Source: Macrostomum hystrix
Lineage: Eukaryota; Animalia; Platyhelminthes
Reading direction: 5' to 3'
NCBI GenBank assembly: GCA_950097015.1
Contig: CATNEN010000008.1
Location: forward strand, 372,001-436,000
Length of the DNA: 64,000 bases
The notes under the pieces: model-generated
Seen by the model: only the letters and a program-made list of their open reading frames with translations
What the model was told of the DNA's origin: nothing
Database searches by the model: none
Translations under genes and position numbers: made by a program
Shown here: positions 33,005-47,859 of the stretch, in pieces
Layout: each line of letters begins with the position of its first letter
Numbering within the stretch: the stretch's first letter is position 1

Positions 33005-33232
33005 AGTATGGCTGTAGGCAAAGGCTCATCATTTGGTGACAGGAGGCTCGCAGCCAGCGGGCAGGCAATTCTGTCCATTCCCATGATTTCTGAAAACACG
33101 CTCACACAGGTGTGTACATCCGCCTTGCCTTTTTCATCGTCAGGCAGTGTACAATCTCACTGTGCCTTGGAGTTTGGCCTTCAAGGGCGTAAATTGCACG
33201 CGTAGAGGCAAACGCGTTAACCGCTCTGCCAA
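33005..33232 (-). mobile_element. SINE family 1 with internal deletion
   Basis: Reverse-complement match to head, body and tail of the other copies. Confidence 0.85.
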
Positions 33233-33468
33233 ATCCCCATTCTATATGATATATTTATCTAGATTTTCTATAAATTACGCGTTAAGTCAGGGTGTAGCTA
33301 TTCAGGCATTAATATATATTATTCCCGCCGCAAACCTATTCCGCTGACCCAAAAACTATAGAGCCACCGAGACTCCGTTTTATAAGCTGCAACTGCCGTA
33401 CCGCAACAGAATCACTCGTATTACACTTGATTTCAGCTATCAACTCTTTCAATTGACACTCTGCCGCC

Positions 33469-36400
33469 ATGTCAGCCACTTGGGATGAGATTCGCGGCTT
33501 GGCCGCCGATTTACAGCGGGTGCAGCTGAGTAGCGCCAAGCAGCGCCTAACTGAGCGCAACTGCATTGAAATTGTTCAACGCCTCACCCAAATGGGCCTC
33601 ATTAAATTAGTTTACACCTGCGATGGCAAGGCTTTCCTAACTGAGGCCGAACTGGCCAAGGAGATCCTCGAAGAGCTGGAGCTGCGCCAGCATCGCGTCA
33701 ATGTTGTCGCCCTACAGGAGGCTCTGAACATTGATCTGGGTACTGTGGAGCAGCGAGTTCGCGATCTAGTCAAATCTGATCCCGAGCTGCATCTAGTCAA
33801 TGGCGAATTCATGCACGAAGCCTATTTTCGTCGAGTCGCGCACGAGGTTAACGAGGCCCTATACGAACGCGGTCACGTGACCCTCGGAGAGTTGACCAAA
33901 GCGCACGGCCTACCAACCCAGACTCTGCTCTCCATTGTTCGCCAGTATCTGGGCACCGTCATTCAGGGCAGCCTGGAGGAGGACGCTCTGTTCACCGATC
34001 GCTACCTGCGTAGGCATCGGGCCAGAGTGCGCGGCTGCTTCAACGCCGCCATAAAGCCAATCACTGTGCAGCAGGCGGCTGGCCAATTGAAAATGCCCGA
34101 GAGGCTGTTGCGCAATGTGCTGGACGAATTGCACACCGCCGGCGAGCTGCGGGGCGTCTTTCAGGTTAGCTGAATTTCGTTTGAAAATACTGTAAAGCGT
34201 GTAGAAAACGAAAGATAAGCCTTCGCAATCGACTGTCCGAGTATTGGAATTTAGGCATTAGAAAGCATTGGTTTAACACACGAAGTTTGTATGTAAATAG
34301 TAGAAATGTACACGATTTTTTTCAATTCCACTGTTGGTAGCACGAAAAAGAAAAACTATTTATTTAGCAAACTATTTAAACTGTTAAATAAAACACTGCA
34401 GGGCGGCAAGTCCACCTACGTGCCGGCCTCGTTCAGCGTGGCTCACGACGATTGGATTCGCCAATTCTACGCCCAGAATCAGTACATGGAGCTCGAGGCT
34501 GTGCGCCGCTGCGGCCTTGTTGCTGAACCCAAAGCCTATCTGCGGCGCCTGCTAGGCGAGAAAGGCAACGAGCCGCTGGTGCTCAAGACTTGCATAGTTA
34601 GTTCCGATGTTGCCGCCGGCTTGGAGGCTGCGCTCGATGGCGTGCGCTGGCTGGACATCAGCCAGGCCCTGACTGTCCCGCTGACAGATGCCGATATTGA
34701 TGCGCTGCTTAGTCCGATGCTAGGTGAGTGAGCAACTGATTAACAGTAGACAGACCACGCTATTTTCCTCTGGGGAAAGACAACGTGGGTATTTCGAAGG
34801 TCCACGATATGGATCAACTAAATTTTTAAGCCTTCCGAAGTCAGCATCGTCGAGATATTCAGCAATTCTTGTCGAAGACCCTACTGACAATGCCAACTTA
34901 AATAGCATATATCCATATATCCATAAATTATAAATATAATAAATACAGTATAATCAACAATAATAGCCGAATTGGATACATGATAAAAGCAGAAAAAAAT
35001 GACTATATATAGTATTGGTGATTTTTGCCACCAGAATTTTTAAATACCTTGACGATGCCGATGTTTTGTCGGAGACTCATAGCCAGAGTCTCCGCTGCTG
35101 AATTTATAGACCATCCAACTAGATCAGCATGTGTAATTCAGTTTGAACTCCAGCAGGCTTGAATGATGATTAGGATTAAAGTCCACCCGGTCCGCAGGTT
35201 CTCGCCCAGACCTGGCCCAGGTAGCCGGGCACTATTTAATCAGCCGGAAATGGCTAGCCGATCTGTGCCAATCGTTTGATCAGTTTTTAAACGAGCGCGC
35301 CGAATCACTAGTTAAAGCCGATCCTAGCCTACTGCAGCAGCATCAGCAGAGGCGTCAGCCGCATCCAGACGTTGGCAGCGCCGACGCCGCCGACGATGAC
35401 GCTGGGGGCGGCGCTTTTGGCGGCCCAGTTGGCAAGATCAAATCCGGCGGTGGCACGCAGGGACGCGAAATCAAATTAAAAAGCACGAAAAATAAATACG
35501 CTGCCGGTAGGTCGGCCAACAAGGCTAACAAAGCCACCGAGTCGGCCAAGGATGTCGACAAAGAAGCTTCTTTGACCTCAATCAGCCTGTCTGACGTGTC
35601 TAGCCGACTGCGGGAGGCCCTGGAAAAACAGGAGGAAGCCGCCGGTGGGGTCGGCTGCGGAGAATCGTCGGTCAATGACGATCTAATCGAAGCCGTGTTT
35701 GAACTCATGTCGCCTGCCCTCAATGCCAGTCTGCAGAATCGGCTGGGCAGCGCTCTGACAGCCGATTCGGCCAACAAGCGCCAAGCAACTAGCGCCTGTC
35801 AGGCCCGCGCCGCCTCTCTTGTCAAACAGATGCGCCTATTTGAACGCGGTGCCGCTGCTTTGGGCGACGCCGATCTGCAGTCTGCGTTAAATAAACACCT
35901 GGCTAAATCTTTGGGCGCCTCTCTGATGTGCACCCTGTTGGAATATGCCGCCCTGAGCTGCGGCCTCGACGACTGCGCTAAACTGGCCGCATCGGCTGCC
36001 ATCACCGGCGGTATGACTGGCGATCAGCGCCAAAGACTCGTTGAACAGCTGCCGCCTGGGCAAGATCGCGACTGGCTAACGCTTATTAATTTGGCTCTGA
36101 GTGGCGACTCCATGGAGAAGGTAAATATATGCTTATTCCTAACCCGGTTTTGTTAGACACTTTTGTACTAACTAGGGTGGAGATAACAGCTGATCATTCG
36201 AGGATGGGGATAACAGCCAATCATTCCAGTAGGGAAATAACACCCAAGCATTCCCGGGATATGAATAGCAGGTGATCTCTCCAGTAGGGAAATAACACCC
36301 AAGCATTCCCGGCATGGGGATAACAGGTGATCTCCTAAATAGGGAAAAACATCCAAGCATTCCCGGGATGGGGATAACAGTGATCTCTCTAATAGGGAAA

Positions 36401-37203
36401 TAACATCCAAGCATTCCCGGGATGGGGATAACAGGTGATCTCTCTAATAGGGAAATAACATCCAAGCATTCCCGGGATATGAATAGCAGGTGATCTCTCC
36501 AGTAGGGAAATAACACCCAAGCATTCCCGGCATGGGGATAACAGGTGATCTCTACAATAGGGAAAAACATCCAAGCATTCCCGGGATGGGGATGGCAGGT
36601 GATCTCTCCAGTAGGGAAATAACACCCAAGCATTCCCGGCATGGGGATAATAGGTGATCTCTACAATAGGGAAAAAACATCCAAGCATTCCCGGGATGGG
36701 GATAACAGCTAATCAACCACAAAGGTATTACAACTGCTGTCATTGATTATTGTGCATCAATCACGTTTAGCGAGCAATCGGTGCGAATGAAATTTCAGAT
36801 ACACTCCCACGTAGACGGCATGTGCAATCGCCTGGGCCTTCTATTAAAGCCAGCCGATAAGAAGGCCGAGAAGGTTCTTTGCGCTGAAACTGCAGCTCGC
36901 CTAGTTGACTCCCTGGACTCAGCCGAGCCTGAGCTAGCCCTCCTAGTGACCGTCTCCCTGCTAGTACAGGCCTGCACTGGCATCCCCATTCACGCTCCGG
37001 GTCGATCTGTGCCTCAGCTAATCAATTACCTGCGCAATAATCGGCTGCGCGATTCGTCCGCCTGCGAACTGCTGCAATCCGCCCAGGAGCTGGTGGTCCG
37101 GCGGGCCAAGCGAGACGAAACCGTTGGCGCCGAGATTGAGGCTGTTTTCCCGTGCATTGTGGAATTAGGCAAATCTTGGAAAGCTGCGGCCGCTAAAAAG
37201 TGA
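33469..37203 (+). CDS. UFL1: E3 UFM1-protein ligase 1
   Basis: Exons 33469-34164, 34402-34723, 35198-36120, 36799-37203. Motifs: MSATWDEIRGLAADLQRVQLS..QRLTERNCIEIV, GGGTQGREIK, IHAPGRSVPQLI. Confidence 0.95.
34760..34930 (+). mobile_element. Dispersed repeat family 3 fragment
   Basis: Similar to the reverse complement of 54270-54500 (e.g. AGTCAGCATCGTCGAGATATTCAGCAATTCTTGTCGAAGACCCT vs AGTCAGTATCGTCGAGACGTTCAGCGATTCTAGTCGAAGACCCT). Confidence 0.65.
36175..36712. repeat. ~55-bp minisatellite (GGGATAACAGGTGATCTCTCCAGTAGGGAAATAACACCCAAGCATTCCCGGGATG), about 10 copies
   Basis: Direct tandem repetition in UFL1 intron 3. Confidence 0.95.
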
Positions 37204-37825
37204 TTTTGGCTCGTACTCGTATTTATAAGAATTATCATTCCGAAACGCTGTGCGTAGCACTTATTTAATCGTATTTTAATCACTATTTATGCATTATTTG
37301 TTTGCAATAGAGGCTAAAAAGAACAGATCGGGGTAAATATTTACTTCTGTGTTATTAAGACTTTTTCGTTTTGGTGACAGTTCTGCTTAGTCTGTTTTTG
37401 TTTTTATTTCAACTGTTTACTGTGCTGTTTAAAGTAGTGTATTTTGAATGTTTTTGTTATTGTGATACATAATGTGAAAATCTATATAGCTCTTGATGGA
37501 CTCTGGAGTAAAAGTTTTGCTGTGTAGAAATGTTTTAACCAAATCATTAATAACTGACCTATCTTGCTGGCTTCTAAACATTATTTCATCTATGATCAGA
37601 TGAGGGTTTGAAATAGTTCAGTCTAATCTATTGATTAAAATGCCCCCCTAGTTACAATCTTTCCTGCATCTTAGAATAGGATTATGGGATCTTAAAAGCA
37701 CCAAGTTCTCCTATCATGTGTAATAATTTTATCGCCTCAATCTCTTCAGCTGCAATTCTAACTGACTATTCTACATCCAAGCTAAAGCTAAAGAAAAGTT
37801 TTACTAAAGCAAAATCCTAAACTAA

Positions 37826-39439
<1,614 letters not shown>

Positions 39440-40639
39440 ACCAAGAATTGATTGATCTAAATTTTATTAGGCACATTGTGTCCTATTTGTTGAAGCGCCC
39501 CTGTGACTCAACCTTCTATTTTTAACATCAATACAAAGTCAAAGAAGTGATTAGGTGAAAATTTAAATTGTTTAGATGAAAATGTATTTCGATAAATAAA
39601 TCTGGAATCGATCGAGCACTAAACTTTATATAATAAAATTGCAAGACATTTAACAACGACTAGCCACATAGCGCCTTCAAAATACTATTGATCAGTTGGT
39701 CCGCTTCTCCTATTATTTGACTATTAAAACTCATCCGCAAAAATCCCCGTCGAGATATATGTATCGGCATGTTTTGCTGACCCAAAATGATATTACTCCT
39801 ATTACTACTATTACTATTCATGATAAATTTTTACTACAGCAAAGTCGGGCAATATTATACTAGTCCGCAACCAGCAACCGGAAGCTCCGCATAGTTCTAA
39901 AGTACAGCAATGAAGTATTCGTTTCTATTGCCATAGTCGCGTGCGCTTCTTCCCGAGTGTTTATTATATTTTTGGCTTTTTATTTTTACTAAGACACTTT
40001 TTCGGTTAATGGTATTTTTATTATAATCAATTATTAGTATTCTCCTTTCAGTTGCTTTGCCACTAAGTCAAATTTTTGTTCAGTTATTATTTTGCCACCT
40101 TGGATTTTTTTCATGTATTTATTTACAGGTACGAGCAGGTTAATGAAAACTTAAAACTGCGTCTGTGATGCTGAGAAACTGATTTGTTGGTTGCAGCCTA
40201 GCAACAAAAGTTTCAATTCGATTAGTAGCTTATACAAGTACAGTGCAGGGGTATCCGATTAATGCTTACGTGCGGCCAGCAAATCTCTAATCCAATATTC
40301 TAATATCCAGAGCACTCGCTTGCCCGTCAATTTCCAATGTCTAAGTTTAAGAATTCTCATCTAAATAGTACTAACTAGCTACTGTAAGTAGCAAAACATT
40401 TTCTCGCTGTTTTCTATTATTTATATTCTGAACAAAGCAATTAGAAGTCGTAGGCCTAAAGCAATTGTTTTCTCTTAAGTAGAAAGCAAATCGCAAATAT
40501 AAAATAATGGAATCAATTTTTAATTTACTAAATCCGCTTTTTATATTTCAAAATCGTATGAAATAAAGCAAAATAAATTCGTAGTCGACGGCCGTCGTTA
40601 ATTATGACATAAACTAACAAGTGTGCAGACATGCCTTGT

Positions 40640-40905
40640 TTCTTTCAAGTTTTTCCTGCCGTCTATTTATCGATAGCAATGTCCCGGAACCCATTTGGGC
40701 CAGATATACATCTAGTGACACATCCACTACAGTTGCTGTTATGCCGCGTACAGCGATTCAGTCCATGGACTGGTGGGGCCGCCTATTAAGGAGTTAAGCG
40801 TCTTAGTCAAGGACAAATAATAATTATTTCACATGGACTGAGGTTCGAACCCCAGACGTCTCATTTTGGGAGTCCTAATATCTAACGACTGTGCTACAAC
40901 CTGTC
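40640..40905 (-). mobile_element. tRNA-derived SINE, family 2
   Basis: Reverse-complement head GGTTGTAGCACAGTCGTTAG...GGGTTCGAACC followed by GTCCTTGACTAAGACGCTTAAC; body shared with 54640-54830. Confidence 0.7.
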
Positions 40906-41050
40906 TGATAGGCATAAAGTGTGCTCTTGGCTTGCATGTGACGCGAATGCCTTTTACCTGAGCTTCGTTGTTTCTTTCAGATTGCTCAACGCAACAGTCC
41001 AGATACTTTCAGATGGGCTGAGATTGTACTCACGCTGATTAAGGAAAACG

Positions 41051-44000
41051 ATGTCCGAATCTACTAATAGTTGTTCCACTGTGGCGGCGGCAGATGTCGG
41101 CGCTTGTGAAACTCTCGAATACAGCATCGCCGATTGCAGCTCCTTCTCTGAGCAATATCCGCCGGAGAATATTCTCAATAATAGGCCGTCTGATCAGGTA
41201 TTAATTAATTCTTAAACGATTATTTTCTTGTTTGCTATGATTTGATATTAGTTCTGTACATTCGCTCTGGCTTTCTCATCATCTGACAATGTCTGAAGCC
41301 ACCAAGCCTTCTCTTCCCGGCTGCCCCCAGTAAGAGTCTGGCCTTGGGGTGTTGCGGATTTCGTGGTCGGGTGGTTTGAGGTTTTCAAACTTAAAATTGC
41401 TTCGCCGCCTTTTGAGAAAGTCTCGTTAAATGACGCTTTTAACGAATTTTATCCACGTGGACATATGGATTTGAGTATGGGGAATATACTAAGAAAAATA
41501 AGTGACCGTTCAAATCGATAATCAATACCTAGCTACAAGCTTGGAATACATAAATATTTCCAATAAAAAAGTAAGCAGGTAAAATACTCGTATTTACTCG
41601 TATAAAGCTCTCAAGAACCTGAAGTCGAATTTTGTTTCCTTCGAAACCTCTCAGTCCAGCCGCTGGTCGTCGGAGACCAACTCGCCGCCCCAGTACTTAC
41701 TGCTGAAGCTGGCTCGCCCAGCCCTGCTGCGTCGGGTCAGCTTCGGCAAATACGAGAAGCCGCATGTGTGCAATCCCAAGCGATTGCGCATCTCCGCCGG
41801 TCTCTGCCCAAGCCGGCTCTACAGCCTGGCCACCTGCCAGCTGGCTAATGACTCCAGCGCTGAGTCATTCTGCTTGAGTCTGCAGCTGCGCGGCCGCGAG
41901 ATGCCCTGCCTGTTTATCCGCCTGGAGCCACTAATTACCTGGGGCGGCACCTTTAACTTCTCCATCTGGTTTGTGCAGCTAGAGGGTGAGAGTTCTGTTC
42001 GACTGTCTGTTTGGAATGGGTGTCTGTCCGTTCGGAATGGGTGTCTGTCTGTTCGGATTGGGTGTCTGTTCGGAATGGGTGTCTGTCTGTTCGGATTGGG
42101 TGTCTGTCCGTTCGGAATGGGTGTCTGTCTGTTCGGAATGGGTGTCTGTCCGTTCAGAATGGGTGTATGTCCGATCAGAATGGGTGTATGTCCGTTCGGA
42201 ATGGGTGTCTGTCCGTTCAGAATGGGTGTATGTCCGATCAGAATGGGTGTATGTCTGTCCGTTCGGAATGGGTGTATGTCCGTTCGGAATGGGTGTCTGT
42301 CCGTTTCTGTCTGACTGCTGAAGATTATAATTTAGATTAATCGGAAAATCAGTTCTTCAAATTCCATAAATTCTTCGAAAATCCCCACCCAGGCGTAGCC
42401 AATTCGGACATTGTGGGCCAGAGTCTCGACTGGTTGCGCGATTTCCGCGAACGCGAAAGCATTCGATTGTGCATGAAGCACATGCGCCGACGCGGTCACA
42501 CTGAAGCATTTCGCGCGCTGTCCAGGGAGACTGGCGTCCAACTGGAACATCCGATACTGGCCGAGCTGTACAACTGTCTGGTTGATCTTGGCGACTTCGA
42601 CCGCTGCGAGGAGCTCATTCAGAGGGCCTACGATGAGCGTTTGTTTGACCAATCTGCTAGGTTTGTCAAGCCAAGTTTGTGTATCTTGGGCATAGCCAAT
42701 TTGTGTAGTGTGTCACTGTCAGTGGTATCTGAGTAGTGTGTCATTGTCAGCAGTATCTGAGTAGTGTGTCAGCGCCAATTAAAAGCTGTGTTATGTATTT
42801 ACAGCGCCCAGGCCTGTCGAGCGGTGTGGCAGCCAATCGAGCCTGTGGCGTCGGCTGACAGTCAGTCCACTGGCCAATCGTACAAGCCGGGCATGCGCGG
42901 CGGCCATCAGATGGCTATAGACCACTTGGCCAGACAGATCTACCTATTAGGCGGTTGGGATGGCTATCGCGACCTAGCCGACTTCTGGGCCTACGACATC
43001 GACGCCAACAGGTGGCGCTGCCTCTCTGCGGACACCAGCGCCGATGGCGGCCCAAGTCCGCGCTCCTGTCACAAGATCTGCTTCGACTACGAACGCAAGC
43101 GTCTGTATACGCTTGGCCGCTACGTGGACTCCTCGCTGCGGGACTGTCCAGAGAGTATGCGCAACGATTTCTACGTCTGGGACGCCGAAGCCGGCGCCTG
43201 GCTACTGATCTGCGACGACACCGCCTGCCAGCCTGGAGGGCCCTGCCTACTGTTCGATCACCAGATGTGCATTCACGTTGCTAGGCAGGTCAGATATCAT
43301 TGGGGTCTATTTGTTTTTTATTACACCTGCCACAATTGGGACATATGTGTAGTCTACAGCACAGACGCAGCTACTGCGCGGCGGATCAGAAGGCTGCATA
43401 CGGCTGTTTAGTCCCCCTAGTGTGTTGGACTAGGGGGACGCCACACACCCCAGCTAATGCCACAACCCCCACTAGGCTACAACCCCCACTAGGCATCAAC
43501 CCCCACTAGGCTACAACCCCCACTAGGCATCAACCCCCACTAGGCTACAACCCCCACTAGGCATCAACCCCCACTAGGCTACAACCCCCACTAGGCTACA
43601 ACCCCCACTAGGCTACAACCCCCACTAGGCTACAACCCCCACTAGGCATCAACCCCCACTAGGCTACAACCCCCACTAGGCTACAACCCCCACTAGGCTA
43701 CAACCCCCACTAGGCTACAACCCCAACTAGGCTACAATCCCCACTAGGCCACAACCCCCACTAGGCTACAACCCCCACTATGCTACAACCCCCACTAGGC
43801 TACAACCCCCAATAGGCTACAACCCCCAATAGGCTACAACCCCCACTAGGCTACAACCCCCACTAGGCTACAACCCCCACTAGGCATCAACCCCCACTAG
43901 GCTACAACCTCAACTAGGCTACAATCCCCACTAGGCTACAATCCCCACTAGGCTACAACCCCCACTAGGCTACAACCCCCACTAGGCTACAACCCCCACT

Positions 44001-45995
44001 AGGCATCAACCCCGACCAGGCTACAACCCCCACTAGGCTACAACCCCAACTAGGCTACAATCCCCACTAGGCATCAACCCCCACTAGGCTACAACCCCCA
44101 CTAGGCTACAACCCCCACTAGGCTACAACCCCCACTAGGCTACAACCCCCACTAGGCATCAACCCCCACTAGGCTACAACCTCAACTAGGCTACAATCCC
44201 CACTAGGCTACAATCCCCACTAGGCTACAACCCCCACTAGGCTACAACCCCCACTAGGCTACAACCCCCACTAGGCTACAACCCCCACTAGGCTACAACC
44301 CCCACTAGGCTGCAATCCCAATAGGCTACAACCCCCAATAGGCTACAACCCCCACTAGGCTACAACCCCCACTAGGCTGCAATCCCAATAGGCTACAACC
44401 CCCAATAGGCTACAACCCCCTAGCCTAGGTTACAGTGGCGTCTGTAATCAGTTGAGTAGTGCTTAAAAGATAATTTGAATAAAATCTAGTAATTAAGTTT
44501 TGCTATTACTCTCAGGTTATATACGTGTTCGGTGGTAGAGAGCTGCATCGATCGGATGTTCAACAAGGGGGCGGTAGCGGCAGCAGCGGCGGTGTCGGAG
44601 GACCTTCAAACCTGGACAGTGTAATGATGGAGCACTACTACTACTACCAACCGCAGCAAGGTTCTGTCCTGTCCTCGGCATCATCCGCATCATCGCAGCA
44701 TCACAGTCATCATCATCACAGGCGTCTCCTGCCTGCTCACACCTACTCAGGCCTGCACTCTTATCATATCGGCACTAACACCTGGACTCAGCTGCGCTGC
44801 GATGGTCGCATGCTGACACCTCGAATGGGTCACTCAATGCTGCTGCATCCCATTGCTGACTGTCTATACGTTCTGGCTGGTCAGCGAGTCAAAGAGCAGC
44901 TGACCGATTTTGTTCGCTTCGATTTGACCGCCAGCCGTGCTGTCTGCCTTGCCGATCACGCCTGCAAGCCATCTGGCTGCGGCCTGACACAGAGGGCCAC
45001 GCTGGATCCGGAATTGGACGAGATCTACGTGCTCACAGGTACAGACTACTGGCCCACTTTCCCATTAGTGCTATTGCATTTAGCACACCCCTGTGCAGCT
45101 TAACTTGACATACATTATTAAAAATACAGGCCCGCATCGAGATCGCACATCGACCGATGAGCACTCTCTGTGGGTGTACTCAATACGGCGCGACAGCTGG
45201 ACCTGTGTCTACCGTCGGGCCGTCAGCGGGCCACAGCAGCAGCACCAGCAGCACCACCTGCAGCCTCTGCAACCTGCGCCAAGATACGCTCACCAACTGC
45301 TGTACGATCCTGCCGAGAAGGTGCACTATCTATTTGGCGGCAAGACCGGTGCTCAGCATCACCAGCAACAGCAGCAGCAACAACAGGCTAGCAGCGGCCG
45401 AGCTACACCTGGCTTCGATGGCGGCAGCCGCCTCGACGATTTCTGGTCGCTGCGTCTTGTGCGCGACTCACCTGCCGACCTGGCCAGACGCTGCCGCCTC
45501 CTACTGCGCCGCCAGCTCTGCCTGGAGCTGCTGCATTCAGGCCAGCCGGCTCTGGCACTCGGACATCTCCGACAGCGAGTGGCCAAGCTGGCCGATCCAG
45601 CTAGTCCCGACGATGCCAGATTGCTGCGACGCCTGGCCGAACAGCTTGTGCGATGCAGCGGCGGCGATGCTGCTGACGTCGACGATGCTGACGACAATGA
45701 TGTTGGAAGCGCCAGCGATGAGGAGAGCGACGTCGAGTTGTTGACGGGGCCAGCTGGCCGGAGCGCCGTCAGCTCCGACCAGGCCCAGGCTGAGGCGGCC
45801 TCGGCTGCTCGTCGACTGCTGCTCAATCGGCGTCGAAAGTCCACTTCAATCGTCGCCGATCAACGCCGTCGTCTATTTGGCCGCCTGTCGCGCCTGTTCC
45901 CGGAGGCCGACTCGCAGCCGCGATCGCATCTGCCCGACCTGCTGGCCTGTCCCTGCTCTGGCGAGGCCGGCGGAAGCTGCGGCCTGCCGCTCTGA
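41051..45995 (+). CDS. MKLN1: Muskelin (discoidin-like, LisH, kelch repeats, CTLH)
   Basis: Exons 41051-41197, 41655-41985, 42393-42660, 42805-43288, 44516-45038, 45130-45995. Motifs: PENIL..RPSDQ/SSRWSSETNSPPQYLLLKL, IRLCMKH, PGMRGGHQM, GPSPRSCHKIC. Confidence 0.95.
41300..41370 (-). mobile_element. SINE family 1 remnant
   Basis: CCAAGCCTTCTCTTCCCGGCTGCCCCCA matches the SINE body. Confidence 0.5.
42005..42305. repeat. ~21-bp minisatellite (GTTCGGAATGGGTGTCTGTCC)
   Basis: Direct tandem repetition in MKLN1 intron 2. Confidence 0.95.
43455..44420. repeat. 17-bp minisatellite (CTAGGCTACAACCCCCA), about 56 copies
   Basis: Direct tandem repetition in MKLN1 intron 4. Confidence 0.97.
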
Positions 45996-46616
45996 CGCAT
46001 CGGATTGCATTTCCAATGTTAACATGTACCAGTATATAGAAAATATCATTAGAGTTGCTGCTTGATCATCTATCACACCTGTTTGACGCCTGACGGCCTG
46101 GCTTCTACTTAGCTAATTAATTTTCTTCCTCGGGGTTAAATGCAATGTGAGATTAGTTTTTTTATTGTTACACTTTAGTCTTTCTATACATTCTCAATGC
46201 ATTGGCAAAGGTCTACTTAATATTAGTAAGCTCTGTGCATTTTTTCTGAAACTTTCTCTGGCTCGATGTGATTCGCTTTAAGTGCGCATTCGCTCCAGCT
46301 GTTTAAATGATTGTTGAGATTGATCCTGATATATCAAGCTATAGCTACCAACTGGGTCCAACCTGCTTGTTATATGTATGTGCCACGATAATCTTATATC
46401 GATCTGTAAGATTATTACTTGTAACTAGACTGTTCTGATTCGATATTCTCTTTCAATTCAGTACTCAGTATATAGCATGCGCGCATTGCAATTTGTTGAT
46501 TGCTGATTAGGAATTTATCATTATTTTCCTGTTCATATTTAAGAGATCCTTATTTATTGCTGACCTTCCGTTGTTTGTGTTTAAAACTAATTTATTATCG
46601 AGTAATGTAGTACTTA

Positions 46617-47523
46617 AGGGAGTGTCCAGTCAGGTGCAGTCTAGGGAGTGTCCAGTCAGGTGCAGTCCAGGGAGTGTCCAGTCAGGTGCAGTCCAGGGAG
46701 TGACCAGTCAGGTGCAGTCCAGGGAGTGACCAGTCAGGTGCAGTCCAAGGAGTGACCAGTCAGGTGCAGTCCAGGGAGTGACCAGTCAGGTGCAGTTCAG
46801 GGAGTGACCAGTCAGGTGCAGTCCAGGGAGTGACCAGTCAGGTGCAGTCCAGGGAGTGACCAGTCAGGTGCAGTCCAGGTGGTGACCAGTCAGGTGCAGT
46901 CCAAGGAGTGGCCAGTCAGGTGCAGTCCAGGGAGTGACCAGTCAGGTGCAGTCCAGGTGGTGACCAGTCAGGTGCAGTCCAGGGAGTGACCAGTCATGTG
47001 CAGTCCAGGGAGTGACCAGTCAGGTGCAGTCCAGGTGGTGACCAGTCAGGTGCAGTCCAGGTGGTGACCAGTCAGGTGCAGTCCAGGGGGTGACCAGTCA
47101 GGTGCAGTCCAGGGAGTGACCAGTCAGGTGCAGTCCAGGGAGTGACCAGTCATGTGCAGTCCAGGGAGTGACCAGTCAGGTGCAGTCCAGGTGGTGACCA
47201 GTCAGGTGCAGTCCAGGGAGTGACCAGTCAGGTGCAGTTCAGGGAGTGACCAGTCAGGTGCAGTCCAGGTGGTGACCAGTCAGGTGCAGTCCAGGTGGTG
47301 ACCAGTCAGGTGCAGTCCAGGGGGTGACCAGTCAGGTGCAGTCCAGGGAGTGACCAGTCAGGTGCAGTCCAGGTGGTGACCAGTCAGGTGCAGTCCAGGT
47401 GGTGACCAGTCAGGTGCAGTCCAGGGGGTGACCAGTCAGGTGCAGTCCAGGGAGTGACCAGTCAGGTGCAGTCCAGGGAGTGACCAGTCAGGTGCAGTCC
47501 AGGGGGTGACCAGTCAGGTGCAG
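46617..47523. repeat. 26-bp minisatellite (GTCAGGTGCAGTCCAGGGAGTGACCA), about 35 copies
   Basis: Direct tandem repetition ending about 27 nt before the EMRE 3' splice site. Confidence 0.97.
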
Positions 47524-47562
47524 CCTCATTCGAATTCCGTGTCCCTGCAGTCTCGCCAAGTC

Positions 47563-47859
47563 ATGCGGCCCTCAGCCGGCCTATTCCTGGTGCTGCGCCG
47601 GGCTTTCTCCGCCGGAGGGCCGTTGCGCTCGTCCAGCGGCTACTCGCAGACCGGCCCCGTGCGCTGCTACGACGGCACAGCCGGCGCCTACATGGACTGC
47701 GGCGCCCTGCACGATCGGCCTCTGCGCATGCGATTCGGCGCCCTGCGCGCCGTCATTGTCATTGTCCCGTCGCTACTCATTGGAGCCACGCTGAGCAAGG
47801 AGGGCGCCGCCTTCCTTGAAGAAAACGACATCTTTGTGCCGGACGATGATGACGACTGA
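47563..47859 (+). CDS. SMDT1: Essential MCU regulator EMRE, 98 aa
   Basis: Arg-rich mitochondrial presequence, FGALRAVIVIVPSLLIGATLSK TM segment, acidic tail LEENDIFVPDDDDD; acceptor CCCTGCAG 12 nt before the ATG. Confidence 0.95.
   Translation: MRPSAGLFLVLRRAFSAGGPLRSSSGYSQTGPVRCYDGTAGAYMDCGALHDRPLRMRFGALRAVIVIVPSLLIGATLSKEGAAFLEENDIFVPDDDDD

Noticed and set aside
36168-36743. Repeat ORFs and CRISPR-like periodicity of the ~55-bp array
   Set aside because: The units are variants of one sequence with no unique spacers, there are no cas genes, and the context is a eukaryotic intron. The same applies to all other arrays.
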